A stretch of 62,759 nt of DNA, counting the filler, from Octopus bimaculoides (Eukaryota), in assembly GCF_001194135.2 (NCBI RefSeq). It is 5 parts of 4 records of this genome, joined end to end, with 100 filler letters (N's around TTAATTAATTAA, not from the genome) between each part and the next. Parts side by side here need not be neighbours in the genome. Positions count along the whole stretch, not along the records: positions 38,104 to 51,036 come from NC_068988.1; positions 51,137 to 58,792 come from NC_068991.1; 3 more parts are not named here. The stretch is one strand, 5' to 3'. Each line of letters starts with the position of its first letter. Within the stretch, counting starts at the first letter, position 1. Of the stretch, positions 39,665-52,078 are shown in pieces. Both the position numbers and the translations under genes were made by a program. Under the pieces are notes generated by a model that had not been told where the DNA came from, searched no databases, and was given only the letters and a program-made list of their open reading frames with translations.

Positions 39665-40729
39665 ATGAGTGGTAAAAAAATTGCAATTAGAGCCATTTTA
39701 AAGTATCTGTGGGGAAAAAGACTGAGTGCGAGGGCAGCAGCAAAAGAACTGAATGACGTGGTAGCCCAGGATTTGTCAACGAAGGTGTTGCACAAAAACT
39801 GGTTCAGTTGTTTCAAGGAAAGTGATACCAGCCTCGAGAAAAATCAATGTCAGGGAGACTTGCTGTTGAGGAAAATGTTGAACAGCAGTCAAGTACAAGC
39901 GCTCATACATTGTCAGCAGATCTTGGTCCTTCACAAACCACCATCAACCGACACCTCCATAAGCTCGGCCTTGTGAGAAAATGCTGTCTAAAAGCTGCTC
40001 ATAAACTGACTAATGATTAGGCTCAACGACATGTGAACATTTGCAAACAACTGTTGACAGATCTTCGAGATACACATTTTTGGAAATGAATGATGGATTT
40101 ATTTTCTTAATCCTAATACGAGAAATCAGTGGCTTCCTTCTGGTTAGGCTTCAGAACTCCTTGTCAAACAAAGGCGGTTTGAACAGGTCTTGTGTGTTTG
40201 GTGAAATTTCGAGGAGCTTTTTTCGAGTTGCACTTTGAGCTTTCCCAGATGATCATGCTGTTAACGCTAAACTTTATGCGCAGCAGCTGCTGTTAGTATA
40301 TGATGATTTGAAAGTCAGTTACCCGGCTTTGGTCAATCAAAGACGTGCACTTCTACAACATGATACTGTCCCAGCACACACACTGCGAAAGTGAACAAGC
40401 GCAAAGTCGAGGAACTAGAGGGGCCGGAAGTACTGCCTTATCGTGCTTACAGTCAAGGTGTTGCACCATGAGATTACTATCTTTTCTGAACCATGGTTAA
40501 TTTCGCACATAGACAAAGGCCTAACAATGGATGAGGTTGAAAACACGTGTATTTAGCTTCTGAACCAGCCTAAGGGTACAAGCATATAACTGAGCTTCTA
40601 GTATAACGATGGCAGCAGGCGATAAAATATGATGGGACATATTTTGCTGAATAAACACTTTTTTGTATGTAATTTGTTTCAGCTATTAAAGCCTGAAATA
40701 AGAAAAAAAACTTTTGACACAACCTGATA
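39665..40729 (+). pseudogene. Decayed mariner (DD34D) transposase with right TIR
   Basis: MSGKKIAIRAILKYLWGKRLSARAAAKELNDV.. N-terminus, LLQHDTVPAH (cf. LLHDNARPH), YSQGVAP*DYYLF (cf. YSPDLAPSDYYLF), RWQQAIKYDGTYFAE* ending 40654. Multiple frameshifts and stops. Right end CTTTTGACACAACCTGA-TA; left TIR not recognised. Confidence 0.85.
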
Positions 40730-41374
40730 CCGCTAACAGCCAAACTATTTATAGGGTTTTCCCCTAAGTGGCCAGACTGGTCATGTAAAATCAAATTGAA
40801 ACATTAATTCCAACCGACAAGTTAAATATAGACACCATGTGAGGCTAGAAGATACAATGGAGCTGTATTATAAAGTTTAACGAATTTACCATCAAGTCGA
40901 GTAAAAATTCCTTTTTACTGACAACTTAACCAGAATTGCATCATCAATTCACCCCCACCCCCACACACAAAAAAAAACAGCAACATATTTCTTAGTTTAG
41001 AAAATTGAGCAACTCATGTGATTTATTGTTGTTATAGCTAATGAATCAATGACGTTTTAACACTATTTTGTATGATGACAACACATATATACACAGACGG
41101 ATACATATATTTCGTGAGTCGCGTTTCACGCCGCTGTGATCTGCAGGCAAGAACTGTTACACCCCGAGTTGGTGTTCATTTACGTCCCTTAGTCCGAATG
41201 CAGTGTTTTATTTGCATCTGTTAATAGGTTTGTTTTGGAGCCTGTTGGTTGGCTGTTGTTCTGTGTCTTGAGCTTGTTCTTTAATTCATTCATTCATTCA
41301 TTCATTCTTTCTTTCTTTCTTTCTTTCATTTTTTTTGTCTTTGGCTTACTGCTTATTCTCCTTGAAATTGTTGA

Positions 41375-41444
<70 letters not shown>

Positions 41445-41926
41445 GGACGCATTTATGCATTTGTATTTTGATGAGTTGTTTATTGTTACTGAGTTTTGGG
41501 GCAAATTTTCCTATGGTTACTTGTTGAATTAATTCAGGATGTTTGAAAAGAATGTGTGTACGCATATGAAAATGTGTATATGTGTATGCGTGTATATGGG
41601 CGAAAATGTATTTACGTGTGCGTGTGTGCATGTGCGATGGGGTGATTGTATTTCTCAGGTCAATTTTGTATTCTTTTAGACGAAGACTTTTGTTTACGGA
41701 ATTTTGGTGGCGGTGGTAGTGGTGGGTGGTCAGTGTTACTAGGTGTTGTTATTAGAGTTAATGGTTGACTGATTGGGTAGCTCTCTCTTACGAGTGTGAA
41801 ATTGTTTGTGTATATGTATGGTTGAATTTTCTTCATTGCCAATTCGTATTTCATAAGATCTCTCCAATTATTTATTTATGGTTGGATGCACATGTTAAAG
41901 TGTAATTATGTGTATGTACGTACGTT

Positions 41927-41969
<43 letters not shown>

Positions 41970-41979
41970 NNNNNNNNNN

Positions 41980-42025
<46 letters not shown>

Positions 42026-42459
42026 GGCTGTATATATGTGTGTATAACTGCGTGTACTGTATGTTAGGATGGGTTGTTTGCTGTTCGACTTATATGTCAA
42101 GTTTTTGCTATATTGAGTGTTGTTTTATCTTTTTATGGTTCAGTCAATTTCTGAAGATGAATTTATTCTGGTATTTGCAATATGATATAATCTCATTTCC
42201 CTTCTTTACTAATGTGTGTATAGAGTCATTATATTGCGCAAGGGGAAGATTAAAGAACACTTAAAGGGTGAAGGTGTACAAGAAATTATCTTTTATTTTA
42301 TGTTTGCGATTATATTGTTTAAGTTTAACTCCAAGAGAAATACGGACAGTGACATGGAGCTCCTATATTTATATTTACACATGCACACACACAAACACAC
42401 TTGTCTGTGTTTGTGAGCGTGTGTGTATATGCATACATATATATATAAGTACATAGTGC

Positions 42460-42492
<33 letters not shown>

Positions 42493-43081
42493 GTATGCAC
42501 ACACACACATGAAAATATAAAATCCTATAGAAGTGTTGTGGAAAGTTAACAAGAAATATACATATACACAAAGGACTACTCATATACGTGCACATATGTA
42601 TGTGTGTGTGCATATATATAGATGTAACATGCATAGTAAATATTTAAACAGGGTTAACTTAGCTAGGTCTCCGTTGACTGAAAAAAGAATGAAAAGCTTT
42701 AAAAGACTTTCGAAATTTAACGGGTTCTCATCAGAGATGTATACATCAATTTGACCAAGTACAGAGAGACATGCAACCGATTTGTTTATATACTCAACAA
42801 TTCCGGTGGCTACAGAGATCTGGGGCTACTAATTTACATACCGTAAGCGTTGACACTTTACTTCATATCAGGGTCCTGGAAGCGGGGAACTAAGTTCACA
42901 CAATATCAAGATATCATATAATATATGCAACCTATGTAACAGATATATAAACAAGACTAACTTAGCTAGTTCTCTGAAAAAAACTATGAACGGCACGCAC
43001 GCACACAGACACACAGAGACACACAGAAACACACACAGACACACACAGACACAGACACACACAGACACAGACACAGACACA

Positions 43082-43123
<42 letters not shown>

Positions 43124-43542
43124 TACACACACACACAAGATCCCACAGAAGTACCGTCTAAATAATTTAATAAGAATAAGAAAGCTGGTGTATAGCCCGA
43201 ACGTAGCATTGATAATTTATTGAACCAACTTTCAACAAATATAATACATTATACATCTAAATCTGATTTGTCGGTTAAAACGCGCCAAACTCAATGCTGA
43301 ATTGAATTACAACGCTCCAGAGATTCTTTCAAACCTCGATATTTCTCTTCGTGATTGTCTTTACCTCACCCATCTCGTCATCTGTTCATCCATGTAAGCC
43401 ACCTAATCATCCTTCCAGCCAGCCATTCATCCAGCCACCCAAGTAACCAGTCAACCACACGCACACTGAAAATTTCTCTCAATATTTCAAACACTTTCAT
43501 ATATTTCAATACCAACAAAATCTCAGTATTACTCAAACGCAA

Positions 43543-43628
43543 GATGGTGAGCTGGCAGAATCATTAGCATGCCGAGCAAAATGCTTAGAGGCATTTCATC
43601 CGGTTTACGTTCTGTATTCAAATTCGCA
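43543..43628 (+). mobile_element. F2 SINE head fragment
   Basis: GGTGAGCTGGCAGAATCATTAGCATGCCGAGCAAAATGCTTAG..TACGTTCTGTATTCAAATT. Confidence 0.75.
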
Positions 43629-43909
43629 AACATAGGAATTGGAAGAAATTTAGGAAAAAGAATAAGGCGGGGTTGAGGACGGAAATGTCACCTCGGACAT
43701 GCTAGAAAGAAGACGTAAAGGACAGGATTTCTGGGAAAACTTCCTTTTAAGTTCATATCGAAGATCAGGTTTTTAAATATGCTCATTACAAACACAAATT
43801 ACACAATAGAAAAAGATCATTTCGATTGGGTTTGAGCAGTAAATTTGCACGTGTACACTGGAAGATTTAACATAATTCGCATAGAAGTTTTACCTAGAGT
43901 GTGTGTATG

Positions 43910-43959
<50 letters not shown>

Positions 43960-44243
43960 CGTGCGTGCGTGTGTGTGTGTGCGTGTGTGAAAGGAAGTTA
44001 GTTTATGGCATTCTTTCATTTGAAGAACCAAAGTTGTCAACTCGACATATATGGGATCATATGATTGTTTGTTAATTTCCGTAAAACTGTTTTAATTTCT
44101 GTATGCTTTGAAGAGAGCAGAAATTGAAAGAGAGTATAAAGTGAAAAGACGACATTTGCTTTGAAGTGAGAGGAGGAAGTAAACGTGAGAACAAAGTGTA
44201 AGATGTACGTGTACATGAAATGGACATGTGTGAGTGTGTGCGT

Positions 44244-44274
<31 letters not shown>

Positions 44275-45232
44275 GGGAAAAAAGAAAGAAAGGAAGAAAG
44301 AAAGAAAGAGTGAGTGAAGGTATGTGTTGTGATGTATGAAATTTTTTGCATGTATGTGCAAGTGTCACTCACTCGCTTTCTCTGTCTGTCTCTGTCTGTC
44401 TGTCTGTCTCTGTCTGTCTGTCTGTCTCTGTCTGTCTGTCTGTCTCTGTCTGTCTGTCTGTCTCTGTCTGTCTGTCTCTCTCTCTCTCTCACACTCACAC
44501 TCACACATCTTTCATATACACGTAAATAAATAGGCGGAGTAAAGAATTCACACATCATCCGCTTTTGGCGTAACCCTAACCCTAAACACCGTGAGTGCGT
44601 ATTCTTGACCTTCACCCATAAATACATATGCATACTTCTTTTTTGTGCGTGAGAGGGAAAGAGAGAGAAAGAGAGAGAGAGTGAGGCTGTATTTCTTCAT
44701 AATGTAGAAAAATGGATGTTTTTGATGCAATTTTTGGGGGTTGTGGCTTATTTTAATACAATATTTATGTGTACATTTTCATAAATGTTTGTCTGAGTAG
44801 AATTCCACGCATGTGGGAAACATCGGACGAAAGTGATACCTCAGAAGCAAATGAAAATATTATCCGAAAATGATCTCGAAATTGTGCGACCCAACTTAGT
44901 TGCCGAGGTTATTTTAGTTGTAAAAAAGAGTTATTCAGTCAGAAACATAGTTTATTTGGTAGATAGATAATAAGCAACTTTCTTTATTATAATACACATG
45001 TGACTAATTCGGAGAAACATTACTTTCATTATTCACACATCGTCACTCTCATAACACTTTGTAATTTCGGTTCAAATTTAAAGTGTGAAACTATTTTCAT
45101 TTTGTAATGAAACCTGGTCGTTGTAGAGAAGGGTGTTTGAAATAATTGTAGCTGGTTATTGAGATAACGTAGAAAACATGTAAAGGAAAATAATGTCTAT
45201 TTGACATGTGTAATTGATTTATATTGTTCTGG

Positions 45233-45449
45233 AAAGTGGTGAGCTGGCAGAATCGTTAGCATGCCGGGCAAAATATTTGTGCGGTATTTCCCTGTCTTTA
45301 CGTTCTGAGTTCAAATGCCGCCGGGGTCAACTTTGCTTTCATCCTTTCGGGGTCGATAAATTAAGTACCAGTGAGACACTGGGGTTGATGTAATCGACTG
45401 GTCCCCTCCCCCGAAATTTCAGGCCTTGTGCCTATAGTAGAAAGGATTT
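45233..45449 (+). mobile_element. Full-length F2 SINE
   Basis: GGTGAGCTGGCAGAATCGTTAGC..GAGTTCAAAT..TTCATCCTTTCGGGGTCGATAAATTAAGTACCAG..GGCCTTGTGCCTATAGTAGAAAGGATT. Confidence 0.85.
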
Positions 45450-45454
45450 GATTG

Positions 45455-45742
45455 TTCTGGTCTTTCTTAACATCAGTCATTTGACGACACCCTTTTGTTT
45501 GTAATTGGCTATCCTGTAGCGGGTTCAATCCGAGGAATATTGAAATAATACCCATCTTGTTCATTCCACAGAATAAGATTATACTGGAAAGCATCATAAG
45601 AGGGATGAGTCTGCGAAACACGTTTAAGGTTGTTATCTTGAACACGAATGAGAATATCATGATTTTCAATGAGATCACCATCCATAAGGATGACTACTTC
45701 ATTACATGTGGGCTCATTAAAAATGCGTAAGATGTTCATTAC
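45455..45742 (-). mobile_element. Helitron Rep/helicase ORF fragment
   Basis: FNEPTCNEVVILMDGDLIENHDILIRVQDNNLKRVSQTHPSYDAFQYNLILWNEQDGYYFNIP..ATG*PITNKRVSSND resembles the Helitron N-terminal region (FNAPTxNEVA..RDI..RISETHRSYDALQYPL..GEDGYH). Confidence 0.8.
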
Positions 45743-45816
45743 TATAGTTTACTATAGACGTAACGAACGCAGAAACACACAGGCACTCATAGAATTGATA
45801 ATATTGAAAACAGCAA

Positions 45817-46048
45817 GGGCGGCGAGCTGGCAGAATCGTTGGCACGCCAGGCGAAATGCTTGGCGGTATTTCGTCTGCCGTTACGTTCTGAGTTCAAACT
45901 CCGCCGAGGTCGACTTTACCGTTCATCCTTTCGGGGTCGATTAAATAAGTACCAGTTACGCACTGGGGTCGATGTAATCAACTTAAACCCTTTGTCAGTC
46001 CTTGTTTGTCCCCTCTATGTTTAGCCCTCTGTAGGCAATAAAGAAATA
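45817..46048 (+). mobile_element. Full-length young F2 SINE with 17-bp target-site duplication
   Basis: TSD AATATTGAAAACAGCAA at 45800-45816 and 46049-46065; A box TGGCAGAATCG, B box GAGTTCAAACTCC; CpG-rich. Confidence 0.9.
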
Positions 46049-46513
46049 AATATTGAAAACAGCAAAACGTACACACGAAGTTCAAGCAAAACAAAATGTA
46101 GTCAATATAGGTGCAAAATATACTTTCTGTAGCATAGTTATGCTATTAAAAAATGGAAAGTCACCAATTTAGCAACAGTAAGTATGCGTCATCAATGCAA
46201 GAAAGTACAGAAAGTTAACATTTATTTGGGACACGTACTAATTGTTATAAAATTCACGATTGAATGATTGCCACGGTGAAGAAAGTGAAAGTCCCAGAAA
46301 ATTCAGAAGGCATAATTCAATTTTTCATATAAAAATAATTTATTTTACAATTTTGAAACGAATGCCGAACAAAGTGAATAAAAAAGGAAGATGTTATTTG
46401 TTTTAACTGTGTAAAATTATAGGCTGTAGAATAAATACTGAGTAACGCAGTAAAACGGTTGTGCGACATTGATACTCACGGTGATGAAGAATACAAGGAC
46501 TCTTAAGAAAACA

Positions 46514-46592
46514 TTAGGAGTGGAATAACTTTTCTGCAACTAGGAGTGGAAAAACTTTTCTGTAATTAGGAGTGGAATAACTTTTCTGTATA
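46514..46592 (+). repeat. Tandem repeat, about 26-bp unit x3
   Basis: TAGGAGTGGAATAACTTTTCTG(C/T)AA repeated three times. Confidence 0.8.
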
Positions 46593-47589
46593 TTAAAAGA
46601 GCCGCTGAGGCTTTCTACTTCACCAAGTTTCCAAATTTATGATATCCAAAATATTATTTTTGTTTTTGTTTCAGATATATTTGCGAGTAATGGAGAGTGA
46701 TGTTAAATCAGCTAAATCTTCATGTTGGTAGTACTTGAAAGTGAATGTTGTTGTTTGTTTGAAGTCCAGACCGCAAGTAAAGGTTCAATGTCGGGGCGTT
46801 TCACTGTTGGGGGTGGGGAAGTTACAAACATAAGCTAAGACACACACAAACACACACACACACANNNNNNNNNNNNNNNNNNNNNNNNNNNNNNNNNNNN
46901 NNNNNNNNNNNNNNNNNNNNNNNNNNNNNNNNNNNNNNNNNNNNNNNNNNNNNNNNNNNNNNNNNNNNNNNNNNNNNNNNNNNNNNNNNNNNNNNNNNNN
47001 NNNNNNNNNNNNNNNNNNNNNNNNNNNNNNNNNNNNNNNNNNNNNNNNNNNNNNNNNNNNNNNNNNNNNNNNNNNNNNNNNNNNNNNNNNNNNNNNNNNN
47101 NNNNNNNNNNNNNNNNNNNNNNNNNNNNNNNNNNNNNNNNNNNNNNNNNNNNNNNNNNNNNNNNNNNNNNNNNNNNNNNNNNNNNNNNNNNNNNNNNNNN
47201 NNNNNNNNNNNNNNNNNNNNNNNNNNNNNNNNNNNNNNNNNNNNNNNNNNNNNNNNNNNNNNNNNNNNNNNNNNNNNNNNNNNNNNNNNNNNNNNNNNNN
47301 NNNNNNNNNNNNNNNNNNNNNNNNNNNNNNNNNNNNNNNNNNNNNNNNNNNNNNNNNNNNNNNNNNNNNNNNNNNNNNNNNNNNNNNNNNNNNNNNNNNN
47401 NNNNNNNNNNNNNNNNNNNNNNNNNNNNNNNNNNNNNNNNNNNNNNNNNNNNNNNNNNNNNNNNNNNNNNNNNNNNNNNNNNNNNNNNNNNNNNNNNNNN
47501 NNNNNNNNNNNNNNNNNNNNNNNNNNNNNNNNNNNNNNNNNNNNNNNNNNNNNNNNNNNNNNNNNNNNNNNNNNNNNNNNNNNNNNNNN

Positions 47590-47843
47590 ACTGATTTCAA
47601 AACTACAAATTATTACTCCAGATTGATAGCGATATTTTTGATACACACAGAACAAAAAACAGTAGAGAAGAGTAAAAAAGCTGATGATCAGAATAGAGTA
47701 TTCTTTACTCTTAACTGTGAAACGATCGTACTAAATTAACTAAAGGCAGGTGGTTTTTTACTCTTCTCTACTGTTTTTTGTTCTGTGTGTATCAAAAATA
47801 TCGCTATCAATCTGGAGTAATAATTTGTAGTTTTGAAATCAGT
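47590..47843. repeat. Perfect 90-bp inverted repeat (47590-47679 / 47754-47843) with 74-nt spacer
   Basis: ACTGATTTCAAAAC..AGAGTAAAAAA is the exact reverse complement of TTTTTTACTCT..GTTTTGAAATCAGT. The left arm begins at a gap edge. Confidence 0.9.
47680..47732 (+). ncRNA. Hammerhead-like motif inside the inverted-repeat spacer
   Basis: CTGATGA; stem II CAG/CTG plus AGAGTA/TACTCT; GAAA; palindromic stem III ACGATCGT; GUA triplet. Stem I is only 2 bp (AG/CT) and the 10.1-11.1 pair is U-U. Confidence 0.5.
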
Positions 47844-48135
47844 AGTTCTTTGACTGCTATTTCTGAATTCTCAGTATGTTGGAGAAGCAGGTTACTGTCA
47901 ATCCCTATATATTTATGATTATACATATAGGTAGGTAGATGATACTTTTTTCAACCTACTCCACCCAATTACCTCACTGACGACTGCCATTAATGGAGGT
48001 AGCGTGAATTATTCATGAGCTTATTAGTTTCACACTAAATACATGTCTGATCCAAATGGAATGTTAAGCAGGCTGTCACCACAAACATTTTGAGAAGAGC
48101 GTCCTCTCTCTCCCTCTCTTCCACCTTTTTAGAGG

Positions 48136-48244
<109 letters not shown>

Positions 48245-48520
48245 AATTTGCCTGCCAATCTACCTACATACATACGAATCTGCTATGTAGTTGTGTATGT
48301 CTTTCTTTTTTTTCGATCTTTTTTATTTCCCAATTGCCTTCTTTCCCTCTTCTTCCCTCTCCCATGTTAAATTTACTTCTCCCTCAGTCTTTCTCCTATT
48401 TTCGTTTCATGTACAACACGTTTGTTCATATTTTATATAGTAATTTATATCTCTCTTCCACATCCCTCTTTTCATACAAGCCCTCACATACATACATACA
48501 TACATACATATATTTATATG

Positions 48521-48553
<33 letters not shown>

Positions 48554-49460
48554 TTATGTGTGTTTGATCTAAGATATTTTATTTTAGAGCAATTTCAAGA
48601 ATAACAACAATAGATTTACAGATGAAGAAAGTCTGGATTGAAATTAGAATCAAATTTATTATAAAATTTATTTACTTTTGGGCTTCAAGTTTCGCTTCAT
48701 GGTTTATTCTACCAGTGAAGAAAATTATCATTACTGTTATTATTATTGTTGTTGTTATTATCATTGTTGTTGTTGTTGTTGTGGTGGTGGTGGTGGTGGT
48801 GGTGGGGCTGGGGGTGAGGGAAAAATAACAGAAAAGTTCTTGAACACTACTGCAACTGTTAAAGTTGTAAGTACAAGTTGCTGTATTTTTCATTCTTTTG
48901 TGAGTCAAACAAAAATTGATAAAGGATTTCAAGCATGAGAGAAACGCATTTAAAGGTAAATGAGGAATGGTGAGCAGATGAAGTGATAAAACAAAGAACA
49001 AATTTATAAATAAAAAGAAATATAAATAAACTAAAGGTGGATTAAGGGTGAATCTCTATGGAATTAAACAGAGATAACCCCCCCCCCAAAAAAAAAAACT
49101 ATATATTTAATGTGACTTATTTGTGTGTATATTTGTTTATGTGTGTCTCTCTGTGTGAATGTAGTGCGTGGCTTAGTGTGTATATATGCACGTATGCATG
49201 TATGTATGTATGTATGTATGTATGTATGTATGTATGTATGTATGTATAATCAGGTGCATGTAGGCATACATGCATGAGAGAGCATTTGTATATAAATACG
49301 TTTGTATGTGATTGTGAAACTCTGTTCTTTACAACTTTATTAACAAAGCATATCACTCTACCTTCACTATTCGAGTACTATCTTTTCCATCTTGTTTCAC
49401 ATTTATATGCTTACTCTGGTGTGTATATATATATATATATGTGTGTGTTTGTGTGTATGC

Positions 49461-50350
49461 CTTTTATCTTTTATCTTTTATCTTTTATGGGTTTCAGCTC
49501 GAGGCTGAGGCCATGCTGGTGTACCGCCTGTACTACATCCAGGGATTTTCCTAGTATTACCTTTAGTGAAGAAGCGAGTTGGACGTTGCCGCTCTTCTTT
49601 GTACCTCCTGCCGCCATGTAGGTTCGTCGGGAATTTCAGATAAAAAGCTGCCCAAGCGTTTTTTGAAGACTTCCATGTCTACACCTCGCAGATCCCTGAT
49701 ATTCTGTGGTAGGGCATAAAAAAGTTGCGGTCCTTTGAATCCCAAGCTATTACAATATTGGGTTCGTATCCTCGATGGAGAAGATGGGACCTTTGGTCCT
49801 GTGCAGTGCCGTCCAGTTCGGCGATTGTTGTAGATTTCAATTCCCAAATTTGGAGCCGGACTCTCCATTATCTTCCACATGTATAGCACTGCATATCTCT
49901 CTCGTCTCCTCTCCAGGGTGTAGAGTTCCAGTTCCCCGCTCAATCTCTCCCAGTAGCCCATGTGTTTTACTGAGTATATCTTCTTCGTGAAGTGACGTTG
50001 GATCGCTTCTAGTTCCGCAATTAGTTTTACACTCTGTGGGGACCACAGCGGGAGCAGTAGTCCAGACAACTGAGGACGAAGCTTCTCCAAAGCAGAAGCA
50101 TTGTGTCTCTGTTCCTGATGGATCTAAGGATCCAACCTGCCACCCGCCTGCATAGTGTTGCCATCCGAACAATCTGCTCATGGAAAGTTGCATCGTTGTG
50201 AATTCCGAGGCCACGCATCGACTCTAATTCTGTGATTACATTGACTGGGATTAGAGTGCACCGACTCTAATTCTGGGATTACATTACCTGCTGGTCTCGT
50301 GTACTTCAGCTGCAGTTTGTTGGTGGGCTGATAGCGGAGTGCTTGAAATA
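49461..50350 (-). mobile_element. 5'-truncated CR1-group LINE: RT C-terminal region, 3' UTR and (ATAAAAG)n tail
   Basis: FQALRY..GNVIPELES(M)RGLGIHNDATF..LLLWRSFVLSCLDYCS/PLWSPQ..LEAIQRHFTKKI..YWERL..LYTLERRRERY..IPDEP..RAATSNSLLH* (ORFs 49563-50090 and 50027-50218). One frameshift and a 24-bp internal duplication near 50219-50284. Confidence 0.85.
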
Positions 50351-50385
50351 ATATGCAGTTCACTGCATATTATTATTATTATTAC

Positions 50386-50418
<33 letters not shown>

Positions 50419-50439
50419 CATTATTATTATTATTATTAT

Positions 50440-50507
<68 letters not shown>

Positions 50508-50569
50508 TTATTATTATTATATATTACATATATATGCAGTTCACTGCATATTATTATTATTATTACCAT

Positions 50570-51036
50570 TATTATTATTTTCAGTAGTTTTATTTTTATA
50601 ACGTGCTTTCACTTACCTACCAAGCGCAGCTCTATGCGCCTTGGGTATGTGCTGTGGTTTGCTGTGGTGCTCTTATGTTTACTGTATTGAAAGTGTTTTG
50701 CGTAGAATGTGTGCAGTACCCAGTAGTGCAATTTTCTGTATGTTATATATATTTGTAAGTCCTGGTGTTTTTGTTATGAATATTTTTTTATTATACCTAA
50801 GGCACCTACTATGATAGGAATTGTTTCTGTTTTTAGATTCCACATTCGAGTTATCTCTATTTCCAGGTCTTTGTATTTTGAAAGTTTTTCCATTTCTTTT
50901 AGAGAAACGTTGTCATCTGCTGGTATTGATACATCAATTAGAAAGCATTTTTTTTCTTCATGATCTTTGACAACTATATCTGGTCTATTTGCCTTAATTT
51001 CTCTATCCGTGTGTATTGGCATATCCCAGAGTATGG
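50570..51036 (-). mobile_element. R4/Dong-clade non-LTR retrotransposon 3' end (restriction-like endonuclease domain)
   Basis: WDMPIHTDREIKANRPDIVVKD..CFLIDVSIP..KEMEKLSKYKDL..IPIIVGALG, then after a frameshift IQKIALLGTAHILRKTLSIQ* (ends 50679). The 3' UTR ends in (TAA)n; cut by the linker. Confidence 0.85.
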
Positions 51037-51136
51037 NNNNNNNNNNNNNNNNNNNNNNNNNNNNNNNNNNNNNNNNNNNNTTAATTAATTAANNNNNNNN
51101 NNNNNNNNNNNNNNNNNNNNNNNNNNNNNNNNNNNN
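51037..51136. other. Artificial scaffold-joining linker
   Basis: 44 N + TTAATTAATTAA + 44 N. Confidence 0.95.
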
Positions 51137-51186
51137 TATATATATATATATATATATAAATATATATATATATTCATGTATGTATG

Positions 51187-51264
<78 letters not shown>

Positions 51265-52011
51265 CGAACGCATTAGACAATGGAGTGAATAGGTAAATAA
51301 ACAAAATTGGTATGTCGCTATTTAGATTGGATAGATACGAAAAAAATAAAACAATGTGAATATATTCCATTTGTCGATAAATCTCTATTCATTTTGTTTT
51401 TATTTATGTATAAACATATACGTGTATAATATAATTACGTACATCTAGTTGAAACTATCTATGTGTAAGAAGATTCAGTTCAAACTGTGTATATGTGTGC
51501 ATTACATTAACCTGCTATCTGTCGTCTGTGCATAAACGGGCTTATACATTTTTCTTTGTGCGGGTGTGATTTGCGTGCGCCAGCGTTGACCTCACTGCAA
51601 ATCGCAGAAAGAAAAGCAGACAATATATCTATANNNNNNNNNNNNNNNNNNNNNNNNNNNNNNNNNNNNNNNNNNNNNNNNNNNNNNNNNNNNNNNNNNN
51701 NNNNNNNNNNNNNNNNNNNNNNNNNNNNNNNNNNNNNNNNNNNNNNNNNNNNNNNNNNNNNNNNNNNNNNNNNNNNNNNNNNNNNNNNNNNNNNNNNNNN
51801 NNNNNNNNNNNNNNNNNNNNNNNNNNNNNNNNNNNNNNNNNNNNNNNNNNNNNNNNNNNNNNNNNNNNNNNNNNNNNNNNNNNNNNNNNNNNNNNNNNNN
51901 NNNNNNNNNNNNNNNNNNNNNNNNNNNNNNNNNNNNNGTGTCGGGCAAGTGTGATTATGTATGTATATGTTTTTTATAAGTGTTTGCTTGTGTTTTTTTT
52001 TTGCTTTTACC

Positions 52012-52078
<67 letters not shown>

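Noticed and set aside
42690-42745. Minus-strand CTGATGA-GAA..TTC-GAAAGTC
   Set aside because: Only a 3-bp stem II, stem III cannot form, and no stem I complement to ACATCT.
44567-44584. Interstitial telomere repeat TAACCCTAACCCTAA
   Set aside because: Only about two units; too short to call.
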